Shown piece by piece: positions 41,509-50,038 of a stretch of DNA of 64,000 nucleotides (the stretch's first letter is position 1; the number at the start of each line of letters is the position of its first letter). Location: NCBI GenBank assembly GCA_040901675.1, contig JBBDYJ010000025.1:287943-351942 (forward strand), in the 5' to 3' direction. The notes under the pieces were generated by a model, which saw only the letters and a program-made list of their open reading frames with translations, searched no databases and had not been told where the DNA came from. The position numbers and the translations under genes are program-made. This DNA is from Pirellulales bacterium (GTDB lineage: Bacteria; Planctomycetota; Planctomycetia; Pirellulales; JAICIG01).

Positions 41509-42701
41509 GGAAGCGTCTCGAGCTCATTCGAACGGTACAGGTCGCCCAGGCTGTACTGGCTCAGCCAGTATGTCAGGTCTTCCCCCGAAATAACGCGCAG
41601 GTGAGTCTCGCCATCTCGCCGCTCGACAACCGTCGTGGTGGGCACTTCTCTGCCAAATGCGTCCAGGAATTCCGGCGAGTGGGTGGTCAATATCACCTGG
41701 GCCCGGGTTGATGCATCCCGCGCGTACTCGGCCACGATCGGCAACATCGAAGGGTGCAGGCCTGTCTCTGGCTCGTCGATCGCAATCAGAGGAGGTGGCG
41801 ATGGGTTGGCCAAGACGGCAAGGAGAAACAGGAATCGCAGTGTTCCGTCGGACAGGTCCGCCGCCGACTGCTCTCGCTGCAAGCTCCTCCACCGGATCCT
41901 CAACTGGATCCTTTGGTCCGCCGCCGGCGGAAATACAAGTTCCTCATAGTCGTCGCCGAAGGCGGCTCGCATCGCGGTGTTGATCTCGTCCTTGAAGCCG
42001 CGGCTGCTGGTATACAAGCTGTGCAGAACGGAGATCAGGTTCTGACCATCGGGGCTGACCTGTGTATCGGCTCGCGTCACTTGCGCCGTGCGAATTGCCG
42101 CCTCGCGGTGCGTTTGAAATCCTTGGTGGATCTTCCAGGCCGCCAGCTCTTTCTGGAACTCGCCAATGATTCGGTTCGCCGTGAAAGGGCCGCCGGCAAT
42201 CGAGAGTAGCGCCTCTTCTTCGGGCACCACGGCCCCAGGAGCCTCGAATCGCTTCAGGTCCGTCGAATAGACGACGGCATGATGTGGATTACGTTCCAGC
42301 AGCTTGAACGGCTCCTGCATCTCCCCCGTTTCGACCTTGTGGAAGTTAGCCAGTAACTCGTGGTCAACCCTGTAGCTGCTCGACTTTCCGAGTCGCCCCA
42401 ACGTGATGGCAAAAGTCAGCGAGTCTTTCTCGTGGTCGGTGTAGGGGGGCAGCGGCGTCATTTTCACGCGAAGCTGGACTTTTTCGGCGATGCCGTCCCA
42501 AACAATCGGCTCCATCCCCCCTTCCTGCTGGACATAGCTTCCCAGCCCGCCCACGGCGGCAAAATGGAGCGTCTCCACGGCGCGGAGCAGATTGGTCTTG
42601 CCACTGGCATTCGGCCCGATCAGCACATTCAAATCGCCGGGACACCAGGTCTGTGATTTGAGGGAACGCAGTCCCTCAACCGTCAACTTGAGTATTTTCA
42701 T
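41505..42701 (-). CDS. ABC/AAA_21-type ATPase
   Basis: Walker A GPNASGKTN, LSDGT signature, IDEPETGLHP, TTHS. Confidence 0.88.
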   Translation of the reverse strand: MKILKLTVEGLRSLKSQTWCPGDLNVLIGPNASGKTNLLRAVETLHFAAVGGLGSYVQQEGGMEPIVWDGIAEKVQLRVKMTPLPPYTDHEKDSLTFAITLGRLGKSSSYRVDHELLANFHKVETGEMQEPFKLLERNPHHAVVYSTDLKRFEAPGAVVPEEEALLSIAGGPFTANRIIGEFQKELAAWKIHQGFQTHREAAIRTAQVTRADTQVSPDGQNLISVLHSLYTSSRGFKDEINTAMRAAFGDDYEELVFPPAADQRIQLRIRWRSLQREQSAADLSDGTLRFLFLLAVLANPSPPPLIAIDEPETGLHPSMLPIVAEYARDASTRAQVILTTHSPEFLDAFGREVPTTTVVERRDGETHLRVISGEDLTYWLSQYSLGDLYRSNELETLP

Positions 42702-42876
42702 AAAGAGGCTCCAGACCAAGCATACCATCAACCGCCCGGTGCCATGAACAGAACCACTGATTTCCGCTTCCCAATGCCGCGGCACATCCGCCCTTGGCCA
42801 GCCCCTCAGCTCTCAGCCACGCGAACCACGTTCGTCGTCTCCGTTCCCCCCTTCCCCCCTTCACCCGATCCCCCCT

Positions 42877-44331
42877 TCATCCTTCTTCTTCCTCCTCCTC
42901 CTTCTCCCTGGGCTGAAAGTCCGCCTTTGGCGGACCCTCTGCCTTCTGCCCTCTGCCTTCTGCCTTCTGCCTTCCTGCTCCTTCCTCCTGCGTCAGCATC
43001 CCCCAGTCGAGCGCCTGGTCCTGCCGGTAGTTCTTACCCAGCGTCAGTGCCGTCACCGCCTTGGCCATCTCGTAACCGAGATAAAACGAGTGGGCCGGGT
43101 CCAGGTTCCCAGCGCCGCGATCAATCAGCTCGTCGAAGAGCTCGAACGGGTCCTCGCCCATCAGGTGCAGTCCCGCCGCAATGATGTGCAGTTGGCCCCC
43201 TTCCACGAACAAGCGATAGTTCTTGTCCCGGATCTGGCCGGCCAGATGATCCAGCGCGTCCGCATCGTGCTCCAACAGTGCCGGATCGCGCAGCATCACC
43301 AGCCGCGGCTCGACGTGCTTGGGCAGCGAGCGGTGCCCGACCGCATAGTGCACCAGCCGGCGGGCCAGGTCGCACTCGCGCACCGACGTCCGCGCCCAGT
43401 TGATCACCTCCGTCGTCAGCACGCTGCGGATCCCCAGCTCCTGGCAAAAACCCAACAAGAGCACGTTGATCGGCGCCGAGTCGGCGTCGGTCAGCTCGGT
43501 CAGGTTGCCGATGCCCATCATCATCTCGGCATCCGGGTAACGGTCGCGCACCGCCAGGTACCGCCCCAGGCTGCGGGCAAACCCGAAACCGATCGGCTCC
43601 AGCACCGGGTCGATCCGCAAGCGCACGCCGGCGGCCGCCAAAAAGTCGATCGTTTCATCCAGGCCCGCCAGCGTCTCCGGAACGTCGGGCACCACCACCA
43701 CCTCGCAGCCCCAGTCGATCGCCTGCTCCCGGTTGGACGAATTGACCGACAGCACCAGCTCGGCCCCGGCCCGCACCGCCATCGCGATCTCTGCCGCGTT
43801 CATGCTGTCGATGCTCACGCGATGCCCGGCGTCGCGCAGCGACTCGACAACGTCGCCGACGCCCCGCCACGTCTCGCCCGGATCGCAGCCCACGTCGATC
43901 AAGTCCGCGCCGTCGGCCGCCAGTGCCTCCGCCTCCGACAGAATGGTTTCCAGCGGTAGCCGCGGGCAATGGTTGATCTCGCCCAGGATTTGGATGTCGT
44001 ACCGGCCATAGCCGGCCAGGTCGTCGCGCGGCCGCCCGAACCAGGCCGGCAGCTCGCGCAAATCCTTCGGCCCGCGCTCGACCGGTACGCCGGCCGCCGC
44101 CTCGATCGGCGAAAGATCGCCCTGGCAATAGCCGGGGATCAGCACGCGGCTCGTGCCAGGCGGAACTTCCAGCCGTCGCGCGACCCACTTGGGGGTCATC
44201 AGGGCGGCCACGGTGATCCCCAGCACCTGGATCGAATAGTCGAAAGGGACCTGTGCCGAAAGGTCGTCCACCACTTTGCGCAACGAGAACTCGGCCAGCC
44301 GCCCGGTGACGAAATGAATGTGCTCGGGCAT
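42877..44331 (-). CDS. Dihydropteroate-synthase-like pterin-binding protein (Orf20/DUF6513-type, H4MPT-linked)
   Basis: FVTGRLA, VAALMT, GADLIDVGC, DPVLEPIGFG, GIGNLTEL.DADS, H.FYLG.E..KA..A..LGK.Y.QD. Confidence 0.78.
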   Translation of the reverse strand: MPEHIHFVTGRLAEFSLRKVVDDLSAQVPFDYSIQVLGITVAALMTPKWVARRLEVPPGTSRVLIPGYCQGDLSPIEAAAGVPVERGPKDLRELPAWFGRPRDDLAGYGRYDIQILGEINHCPRLPLETILSEAEALAADGADLIDVGCDPGETWRGVGDVVESLRDAGHRVSIDSMNAAEIAMAVRAGAELVLSVNSSNREQAIDWGCEVVVVPDVPETLAGLDETIDFLAAAGVRLRIDPVLEPIGFGFARSLGRYLAVRDRYPDAEMMMGIGNLTELTDADSAPINVLLLGFCQELGIRSVLTTEVINWARTSVRECDLARRLVHYAVGHRSLPKHVEPRLVMLRDPALLEHDADALDHLAGQIRDKNYRLFVEGGQLHIIAAGLHLMGEDPFELFDELIDRGAGNLDPAHSFYLGYEMAKAVTALTLGKNYRQDQALDWGMLTQEEGAGRQKAEGRGQKAEGPPKADFQPREKEEEEEEG

Positions 44332-44337
44332 TCGTGG

Positions 44338-45111
44338 TCACGATCCTCGCCGGCCGCCGTTCACCGCGATCACCTGGCCAGTGATGAAACCGGCCGCCGG
44401 AGACGCCAGAAAGCGCGCCGCGCCGGCCACGTCGTCGGGAGTGCCCCAACGGCCCAGCAGGCATTCCTCTTCGGCGCGGCGCTGCCAGTACTCGCTGGCC
44501 CGGCTGCCCCACGAGGTGCGAATCCAGCCGGGGGCCAGGCAGTTCACGCGCACCTCGGGCGCCAGCGAGCGGGCCAGGCTGCGCGTGAAGGCCATCACGG
44601 CCCCCTTGGAAGCGGCGAACAGCTCGCCGCTCTCGCCGGCCATGCCATGCTCGGCCTGGTCCCACCCGATGTTGATGATGGCGCCGGAACCGCGATGCTT
44701 CATCCGCGCGCCGACGTCGCGGGCAACTCGAATCGTGCCCGCCACGTCGACCTTCCAGAGCTGTTCGAGCTTCCGGTCGAACGGCCAGCCCGCCGCTTCG
44801 CCCGTCAGCACGTCGGCCCCCGCATTGTTCACCCAGACATCGACCCCGCCTCGCCATTGCCACGCTTCGCCGACCAAATGCTCCTGCGCGGCGGCGTCAG
44901 CCAGGTCGGCCATCACAACGTGGCTCTGGCATCCCAGGCCGCGAATCTGCTCGGCCGCTTCCTGGGCCGCCTGGCGGCTGCTGCGCGCATGGACCAGCAC
45001 GTCGGCGCCGGCACGGGCCAGTTCCAAGGCGATCGCACGGCCGATGCCGCTGGAAGAGCCGGTGACCACGGCCGTCCGGCCTTCCAGCTCTCGAGGCGAC
45101 TGTTGGGACAT
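44338..45111 (-). CDS. Atypical SDR oxidoreductase
   Basis: TGSSSGIG, NNAGAD; FAASK replaces YxxxK. Confidence 0.85.
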   Translation of the reverse strand: MSQQSPRELEGRTAVVTGSSSGIGRAIALELARAGADVLVHARSSRQAAQEAAEQIRGLGCQSHVVMADLADAAAQEHLVGEAWQWRGGVDVWVNNAGADVLTGEAAGWPFDRKLEQLWKVDVAGTIRVARDVGARMKHRGSGAIINIGWDQAEHGMAGESGELFAASKGAVMAFTRSLARSLAPEVRVNCLAPGWIRTSWGSRASEYWQRRAEEECLLGRWGTPDDVAGAARFLASPAAGFITGQVIAVNGGRRGS

Positions 45112-45415
45112 CGTTGAAAGACTTATTGGAAAAGCTCCGCGGCCGGGCCGTCACGCTCCGCCGGCGAGCATCGCCGGCCGGCACCACGTGGGTGCCATGG
45201 TTGTTTGTAATCGCGGCCCGCCCCGTCGGCAAGCAACCGCCGCCCCGGGGTGGCTGGCGGCAAAGCGTAAGCGTGCCCCAGTCTTCGTCTGGCTCCATGC
45301 TCCACGTCTCACGCCTTCGTGCGGATAATTCCGGCGCAGATGCCGGGGGCTGATTCGGGTATGATGTCCCGGCCAAGTACATGCTGCCCACGGTGTTCGT
45401 TAGCCTCGTTTTTCG

Positions 45416-46576
45416 ATGGAACAGAACCTGAAGCCCGGCGAGCTGTTCGATCGTCTCGAGTCGGCCGCCTTCGCCTTCCGAGGCTACAACACGACGAACC
45501 TGGGCCGTAGCGGCGAGCTGCTGGCCCACCGGGTCTACGGCCCGACCGTCGAGCGCCATCTTCAGGAAGCCTCCGAGATCTACGCCAGTGTCACCGGCCA
45601 CAGCGCCGACCTGGTGAGCCGGGTCCGCAACAAGCAGGAGAGCACGCTGGAGACGTTCGGCCAGGATATCGGCTTGATCATCGCGCTGGAACTGGCGCAG
45701 TTGGACATCCTCCAGCATTGCTTCGACATCCACTACCGCCAGGCCCGCTTGGGGCTGGGATACAGCCTGGGCGAAGTGACGGCCATGGTTGCGGGCGGCG
45801 TCTACACCATGCGCGACGTGCTGCCCCCCTTGATGTCGCTGGCGGCCGAAAGCGCCGACCTGGCCCGCGACGTGACCATGGGCATCGTCTTCTCGCGCGG
45901 ACCGGCCCTCGACCTGGCGGCCGTGGAGCAACTCTGCCTGGAGATCACCAGCCAGGGACGCGGCGTGATCGCCGTCTCCGCCTACCTTTCGCCCAACACG
46001 GTGCTGCTGCTGGGGCAGGCCGAGACGGTAGACCGCTTCAAGGATCACATGACGGAGGTCCTCGACGGGCACGTGCACCTGCGCAAGAATCAGGAGCACT
46101 GGCCGCCGCTGCACACGCCGCTGTTGTGGCAGCGGAACATTCCCAACCGGGCCGCCGTGATGATGCAGACCATCGGGGGCGGCTTCCGCAGCCCGACGCC
46201 GCCGGTGCTGTCGCTGGTCACGGGCAAGGTCAGCTACAACGACCACAACAGCCGCGAGATTCTCAACCGCTGGGTCGACCATCCGCAGAAGCTGTGGGAC
46301 GCGGTTTACGAATTGCTGGCCAGCGGGATCGAGGTGGTCGTCCACGTGGGCCCGGACCCCAACCTGTTGCCCGCCACCTTCAAGCGGCTCAGCGACAACG
46401 TGACGGCGCAGCTCGCCTCGCGTTCGCTCAACAGCATCGGCATGCGGGCCATGTCGAACATGGTCGGCCGCCCCTGGCTGGCCAAGCTCCTCTCGGCCCG
46501 CGCCGCCCTGTTGCGGGCCCCCTTCCTGGAGCACGTGATCCTCGAAGACTGGCTGCTGGCCCAGGATGCAAAGTAG
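45416..46576 (+). CDS. Stand-alone acyltransferase (FabD/malonyl-CoA:ACP-like)
   Basis: GYSLGE nucleophile motif, PPLHTP, HVGP. Confidence 0.75.
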   Translation: MEQNLKPGELFDRLESAAFAFRGYNTTNLGRSGELLAHRVYGPTVERHLQEASEIYASVTGHSADLVSRVRNKQESTLETFGQDIGLIIALELAQLDILQHCFDIHYRQARLGLGYSLGEVTAMVAGGVYTMRDVLPPLMSLAAESADLARDVTMGIVFSRGPALDLAAVEQLCLEITSQGRGVIAVSAYLSPNTVLLLGQAETVDRFKDHMTEVLDGHVHLRKNQEHWPPLHTPLLWQRNIPNRAAVMMQTIGGGFRSPTPPVLSLVTGKVSYNDHNSREILNRWVDHPQKLWDAVYELLASGIEVVVHVGPDPNLLPATFKRLSDNVTAQLASRSLNSIGMRAMSNMVGRPWLAKLLSARAALLRAPFLEHVILEDWLLAQDAK

Positions 46577-46640
46577 CAGGCACACTCCGTGTGCCGTCCG
46601 CCCGTTTAGTAGCAGGCACACTCCGTGTGCTGTCCGCCCC
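46573..46640. repeat. Tandem GTAG-type REP (GTAGCAGGCACACTCCGTGTGC)
   Basis: Two direct copies with a GCACAC/GTGTGC stem. Confidence 0.75.
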
Positions 46641-46746
46641 GGTCGCCTCCGTCCGCCGCAGCTAGACTGGCCGGGTGATCGAGCTTACACTTCGAAGGGG
46701 CGTCCTTTTCTCTTCGTTGCCCTCCCCACGGGAGTCGCCATAAACC

Positions 46747-47028
46747 ATGCACCGCATCAAACTCGACACTGCTCCTCCCCAAGTGCGGCAGTTTCTCGAA
46801 GACCTGCCACTCGACCAAGGTGGCGTTGAGCTGGAACTGAACGGCAGGGTTCTCTACCAGGTCATCCCGCCCCACCAACTGTCGGATGCCCAGCGCGAGG
46901 CGATCCTCGCCGAAGGCTGGGAGCTCATTCGCGCTGCGCAGGAGCGCAACAAGGGCGTGCCGGCAAACGTGATCGAGCGCGAGGTCCGCGAGGCGGTGGA
47001 CGAAGTCCGCCGCCGCCGGCACTCATGA
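46747..47028 (+). CDS. Putative antitoxin
   Basis: ATGA overlap with the PIN gene; C-terminal I..EV.EAV.EVR. Confidence 0.65.
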   Translation: MHRIKLDTAPPQVRQFLEDLPLDQGGVELELNGRVLYQVIPPHQLSDAQREAILAEGWELIRAAQERNKGVPANVIEREVREAVDEVRRRRHS

Positions 47029-47453
47029 TTTGTGCGGTCCTGGACACCAACGTCCTTCTCCAGGCGGTCATCGGTTCTGCCCAGGCGGCCTCCGCACGCA
47101 CGCTCCGTGCCTACCGCGACGGCAGGTTCCGGCTCGCCTTCTCCCTTCCCACCCTCGAAGAACTGCATGCGGTCCTCTCGCTGCCGGCGATGCAAAACCG
47201 CCATCAGTGGGATGACGAACAGATACGCAAGCACTTCAACTTCCTCTTGGCGAACGCCGATTTCTATCCAGTAACGGAACCTGTCTCCGCGGTGCTGGCC
47301 AGAGATGTGACGGATACCAAGTTCCTGGAGCTGGCGCAGCAGTCTCAAGCACGGTACCTGGCCACCAACGACCGCCGCCATCTGCTGCGACTCAAACACT
47401 TCCACCAGACCCAGATCGTCACGCCTGCGGAGTTTCTGAGGCGATTGACGTAA
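47025..47453 (+). CDS. PIN-domain toxin (VapC-like)
   Basis: VLDTNV, EL..VL, RD..D.KFL.LA, L.TND.HLL, I.TP.EFL. Confidence 0.87.
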   Translation: MICAVLDTNVLLQAVIGSAQAASARTLRAYRDGRFRLAFSLPTLEELHAVLSLPAMQNRHQWDDEQIRKHFNFLLANADFYPVTEPVSAVLARDVTDTKFLELAQQSQARYLATNDRRHLLRLKHFHQTQIVTPAEFLRRLT

Positions 47454-47791
47454 GCCGCCGTGTACTCGATGCAGCTTCATTGAAGCGATGTGACACTCCA
47501 CACCGCCTCCTCGCCCGGACACTGGCCCGGTACATCCTGCAAAGCAGCCACGTTCGCCGAAGCAGTACGACAAAGGCCAGGTTTCACCTTCGGGCGACGA
47601 GATCAAGGACATGCAGCATCCGGCATTCGCTAATGGCGAGGCTCGAAATGCGGGCGAATTTGGATCCCGTTGTCGATTGGGGACGACGCCATTCGACTAC
47701 TTGATGTCACGGCCATTTGAGCCGAGCCGCGGCCGCCTGGCCCGAAACCTCTAAACCCAGCTCAAACTCTAAACCCAAGGGAGACAAGACC

Positions 47792-48232
47792 ATGCGATTC
47801 ATAGTTCTAGTCAAGGCATCGAAGCAGTCCGAGGCGGGGGTGATGCCGAGCCAGCAGCTCCTCACCGAAATGGGCAAATACAACGAGCAACTGGTGAAAG
47901 CCGGCGTGATGCTCGCGGGCGAAGGGCTTCATCCCAGTTCCAAGGGGACGCGGATCAAGTTCGATGGACGCAAGAAGATCGTGACGGATGGCCCCTTCGC
48001 CGAGACGAAGGAACTGGTCGCCGGCTTCTGGCTGTGGCAGTGCAAGTCGAAGGAAGAAGCGATCGAGTGGCTCCAACGCGCCCCTTTCGACGGCGGAGCC
48101 GAGGTCGAGATTCGCCAGGTGTTCGAGGCGGAGGATTTTGGCGCCGAATTCACCCCCGAGCTGCGCGAGCAGGAGGATCGTATTCGCGCGGACGCGGAAA
48201 AGCTCGCGAAGTCCTCGGCCGCAGCGAAATGA
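47792..48232 (+). CDS. YciI/DGPF-domain protein
   Basis: GEGLHPSSKG, TDGPFAETKELVAGFW. Confidence 0.9.
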   Translation: MRFIVLVKASKQSEAGVMPSQQLLTEMGKYNEQLVKAGVMLAGEGLHPSSKGTRIKFDGRKKIVTDGPFAETKELVAGFWLWQCKSKEEAIEWLQRAPFDGGAEVEIRQVFEAEDFGAEFTPELREQEDRIRADAEKLAKSSAAAK

Positions 48233-48255
48233 ATCCGCGCCAAGGCCTGGCCGGC

Positions 48256-48285
48256 ATTGCATCAATCGATGTTGATGGATTCAAC
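48256..48285. repeat. 30-bp palindromic direct repeat, left copy
   Basis: ATTGCATCAATCGATGTTGATGGATTCAAC, identical to 49910-49939. Confidence 0.9.
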
Positions 48286-48706
48286 CTGGCTGGTTGCTGG
48301 TTGCTGGTTGGATCTTGGTGCTTTCTGTAGCCGGCTTCGCCAGAATTCGGGCAGTGGCTCGTGTCTTCGTGCTTGGTGCTTGGTCCTTGGCGCTGATAAG
48401 TCCGCCTCCGGCGGAACCCCTGACCTCTGTCCGCTGACCTCTGGCTTCTGACCTCTGACTTCTGACCTCTGACTTCTGACCTCTGACTGCAAGTCCGCCT
48501 CCGGCGGATCACCTTGTCACCTTGTCGCCTTGTCACCTTGTCGTGCCGTCCGCCTCCTCGCCCTGGAGCATAAAGCGACACCCCGGCGCGCCGGGACCTC
48601 CCCTCCTCGCGCCCTCGCCTTTCCATGGCGCTATTCTCGCCTTGCAGACTTTGATAAACTCTTCTCACCTCTGCCACCGGCTTTTTCGGATCAAGGTTGG
48701 CGTCAG

Positions 48707-48901
48707 ATGACGAAGCTGAACGACTACGTCAAAGTCGCCGAGGCCGCGGAATTCCTGGGCGTCTCGCAGAACACGCTGCGGGCCTGGGCTGCCGCCGGCA
48801 AGATTCCGATGCACCGGAATCCCGCGAACGGCTATCGGCTCTTTCGTCGAAGCGACTTGGAGCGATTCCTGGCTAAGGTCGCCAGGCCAGCGAACCGATA
48901 G
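48707..48901 (+). CDS. MerR/excisionase-like HTH DNA-binding protein
   Basis: VAEAAEFLGVSQNTLRAW...GKI...RNPANGYRLF. Confidence 0.85.
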   Translation: MTKLNDYVKVAEAAEFLGVSQNTLRAWAAAGKIPMHRNPANGYRLFRRSDLERFLAKVARPANR

Positions 48902-49036
48902 GCCACGTATGCCGGACGCCCAGTTCCCTGGACAGAGGATTTCACTACCCCGCCACTTTGCCAAAAAGGTCGTGCTCGAATCTGTCCGCCCCCTTGGAGA
49001 CGGCAGCGAACGCCGCGTTCGACGGACAAAACCAAC

Positions 49037-49641
49037 ATGAACCCCGCACAAGGCTTCCAGCTCGAATTTGGCGAGACGTTCCCGCACTTGGCGGCTGCGC
49101 CCATTGCCGAGGCCGCTATTCAGTGGCGCGCCAGAGCAGGCAAGTGGCCTGATTCAGAAGAGCTTCGCCAACGTCTGATCGAGCGATTGCCCGGCTATCC
49201 GGAATGCCGTCCTCAACACCAGTTCGAAATGGAGGGCCAAGCGGGCGCAGATGGGTCTTGGACGCAGATTCGCGACACCTGGCACGGATTTCGGCTGATC
49301 TCCGAAAACAAACTTCACGTTGTGCAGTTCACGCGAGACGGGATCGTTTTCAGCCGCCTCACACCGTATGATACATGGGATACGTTCGTGGAAGAAGGAT
49401 GGCGGCTGTGTCGCTGCCCATCGGGTTTCCGGCACCGTCGATTGGCGCGGAGCCGGACGGCCACCTCACGCTCGAATGGCATCGTTCCCCGCGGCGCACC
49501 TTGTCGCTGAGCGTGAGCCCCGACGACGAGCTGCATTACGCCGGGCTGTTCGGCCCTAGCCGCGTGTATGGAACGGAAGCCTATTTTGGAGAAGTTCCCA
49601 AGTCGGTTTTGCACCTCATCAGACGAGTTTATTCCGCATGA
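49037..49641 (+). pseudogene. TIGR04255-like gene apparently fused by deletion to the 3' part of the next gene
   Basis: FPHL..APIAEA...VVQFTRDG..FSRL.PY..W..F stops near 49408, where another frame (PAPSIGAEPDGHLTLEW...YAGLFG) takes over. Confidence 0.6.
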
Positions 49642-49820
49642 TTGATCCCGCAACCGGCATCCCAGAGGTTGGACCGGATGAGACACTGGCCCGCTACATC
49701 CTGCACATACCCAAGAATCCGAATCACGCGAACATCGGCGGTTGGCCAATGGATAAACCGGCGCAGAAGATCATCGCCCTGGAGATCGCGGCGACGGCCG
49801 TCTTCCTGGCCAGGGCCTGA
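49638..49820 (+). pseudogene. Short, probably internally deleted third gene of the cassette
   Basis: ATGA overlap; DETLARYIL joined directly to NPNHANI.GWP; only 60 aa. Confidence 0.45.
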
Positions 49821-49909
49821 CAAGCGAGGCCAGGTCATGCACACCATTTGGGGCTGGCTGGCGCACCAGCTCGGGCAAGCGCGGTAAGCAACTAGCAACC
49901 AGCCAGTCG

Positions 49910-49939
49910 ATTGCATCAATCGATGTTGATGGATTCAAC
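49910..49939. repeat. 30-bp palindromic direct repeat, right copy
   Basis: Identical to 48256-48285. Confidence 0.9.
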
Positions 49940-50038
49940 GCACCTGCTAAAATCCCCTCTTGGCCGTCGAGCGCCGCTGCCGATCGTCCTCTGCAACCGG
50001 CGCCGGCCGAACCTGCCTATCCGGAAAGGAGACCGAGC

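Noticed and set aside
48256..49939. The 30-bp repeat as a CRISPR repeat or a canonical dif site
   Set aside because: Only two copies 1.6 kb apart, and no TTATGTTAAA-like XerD arm.
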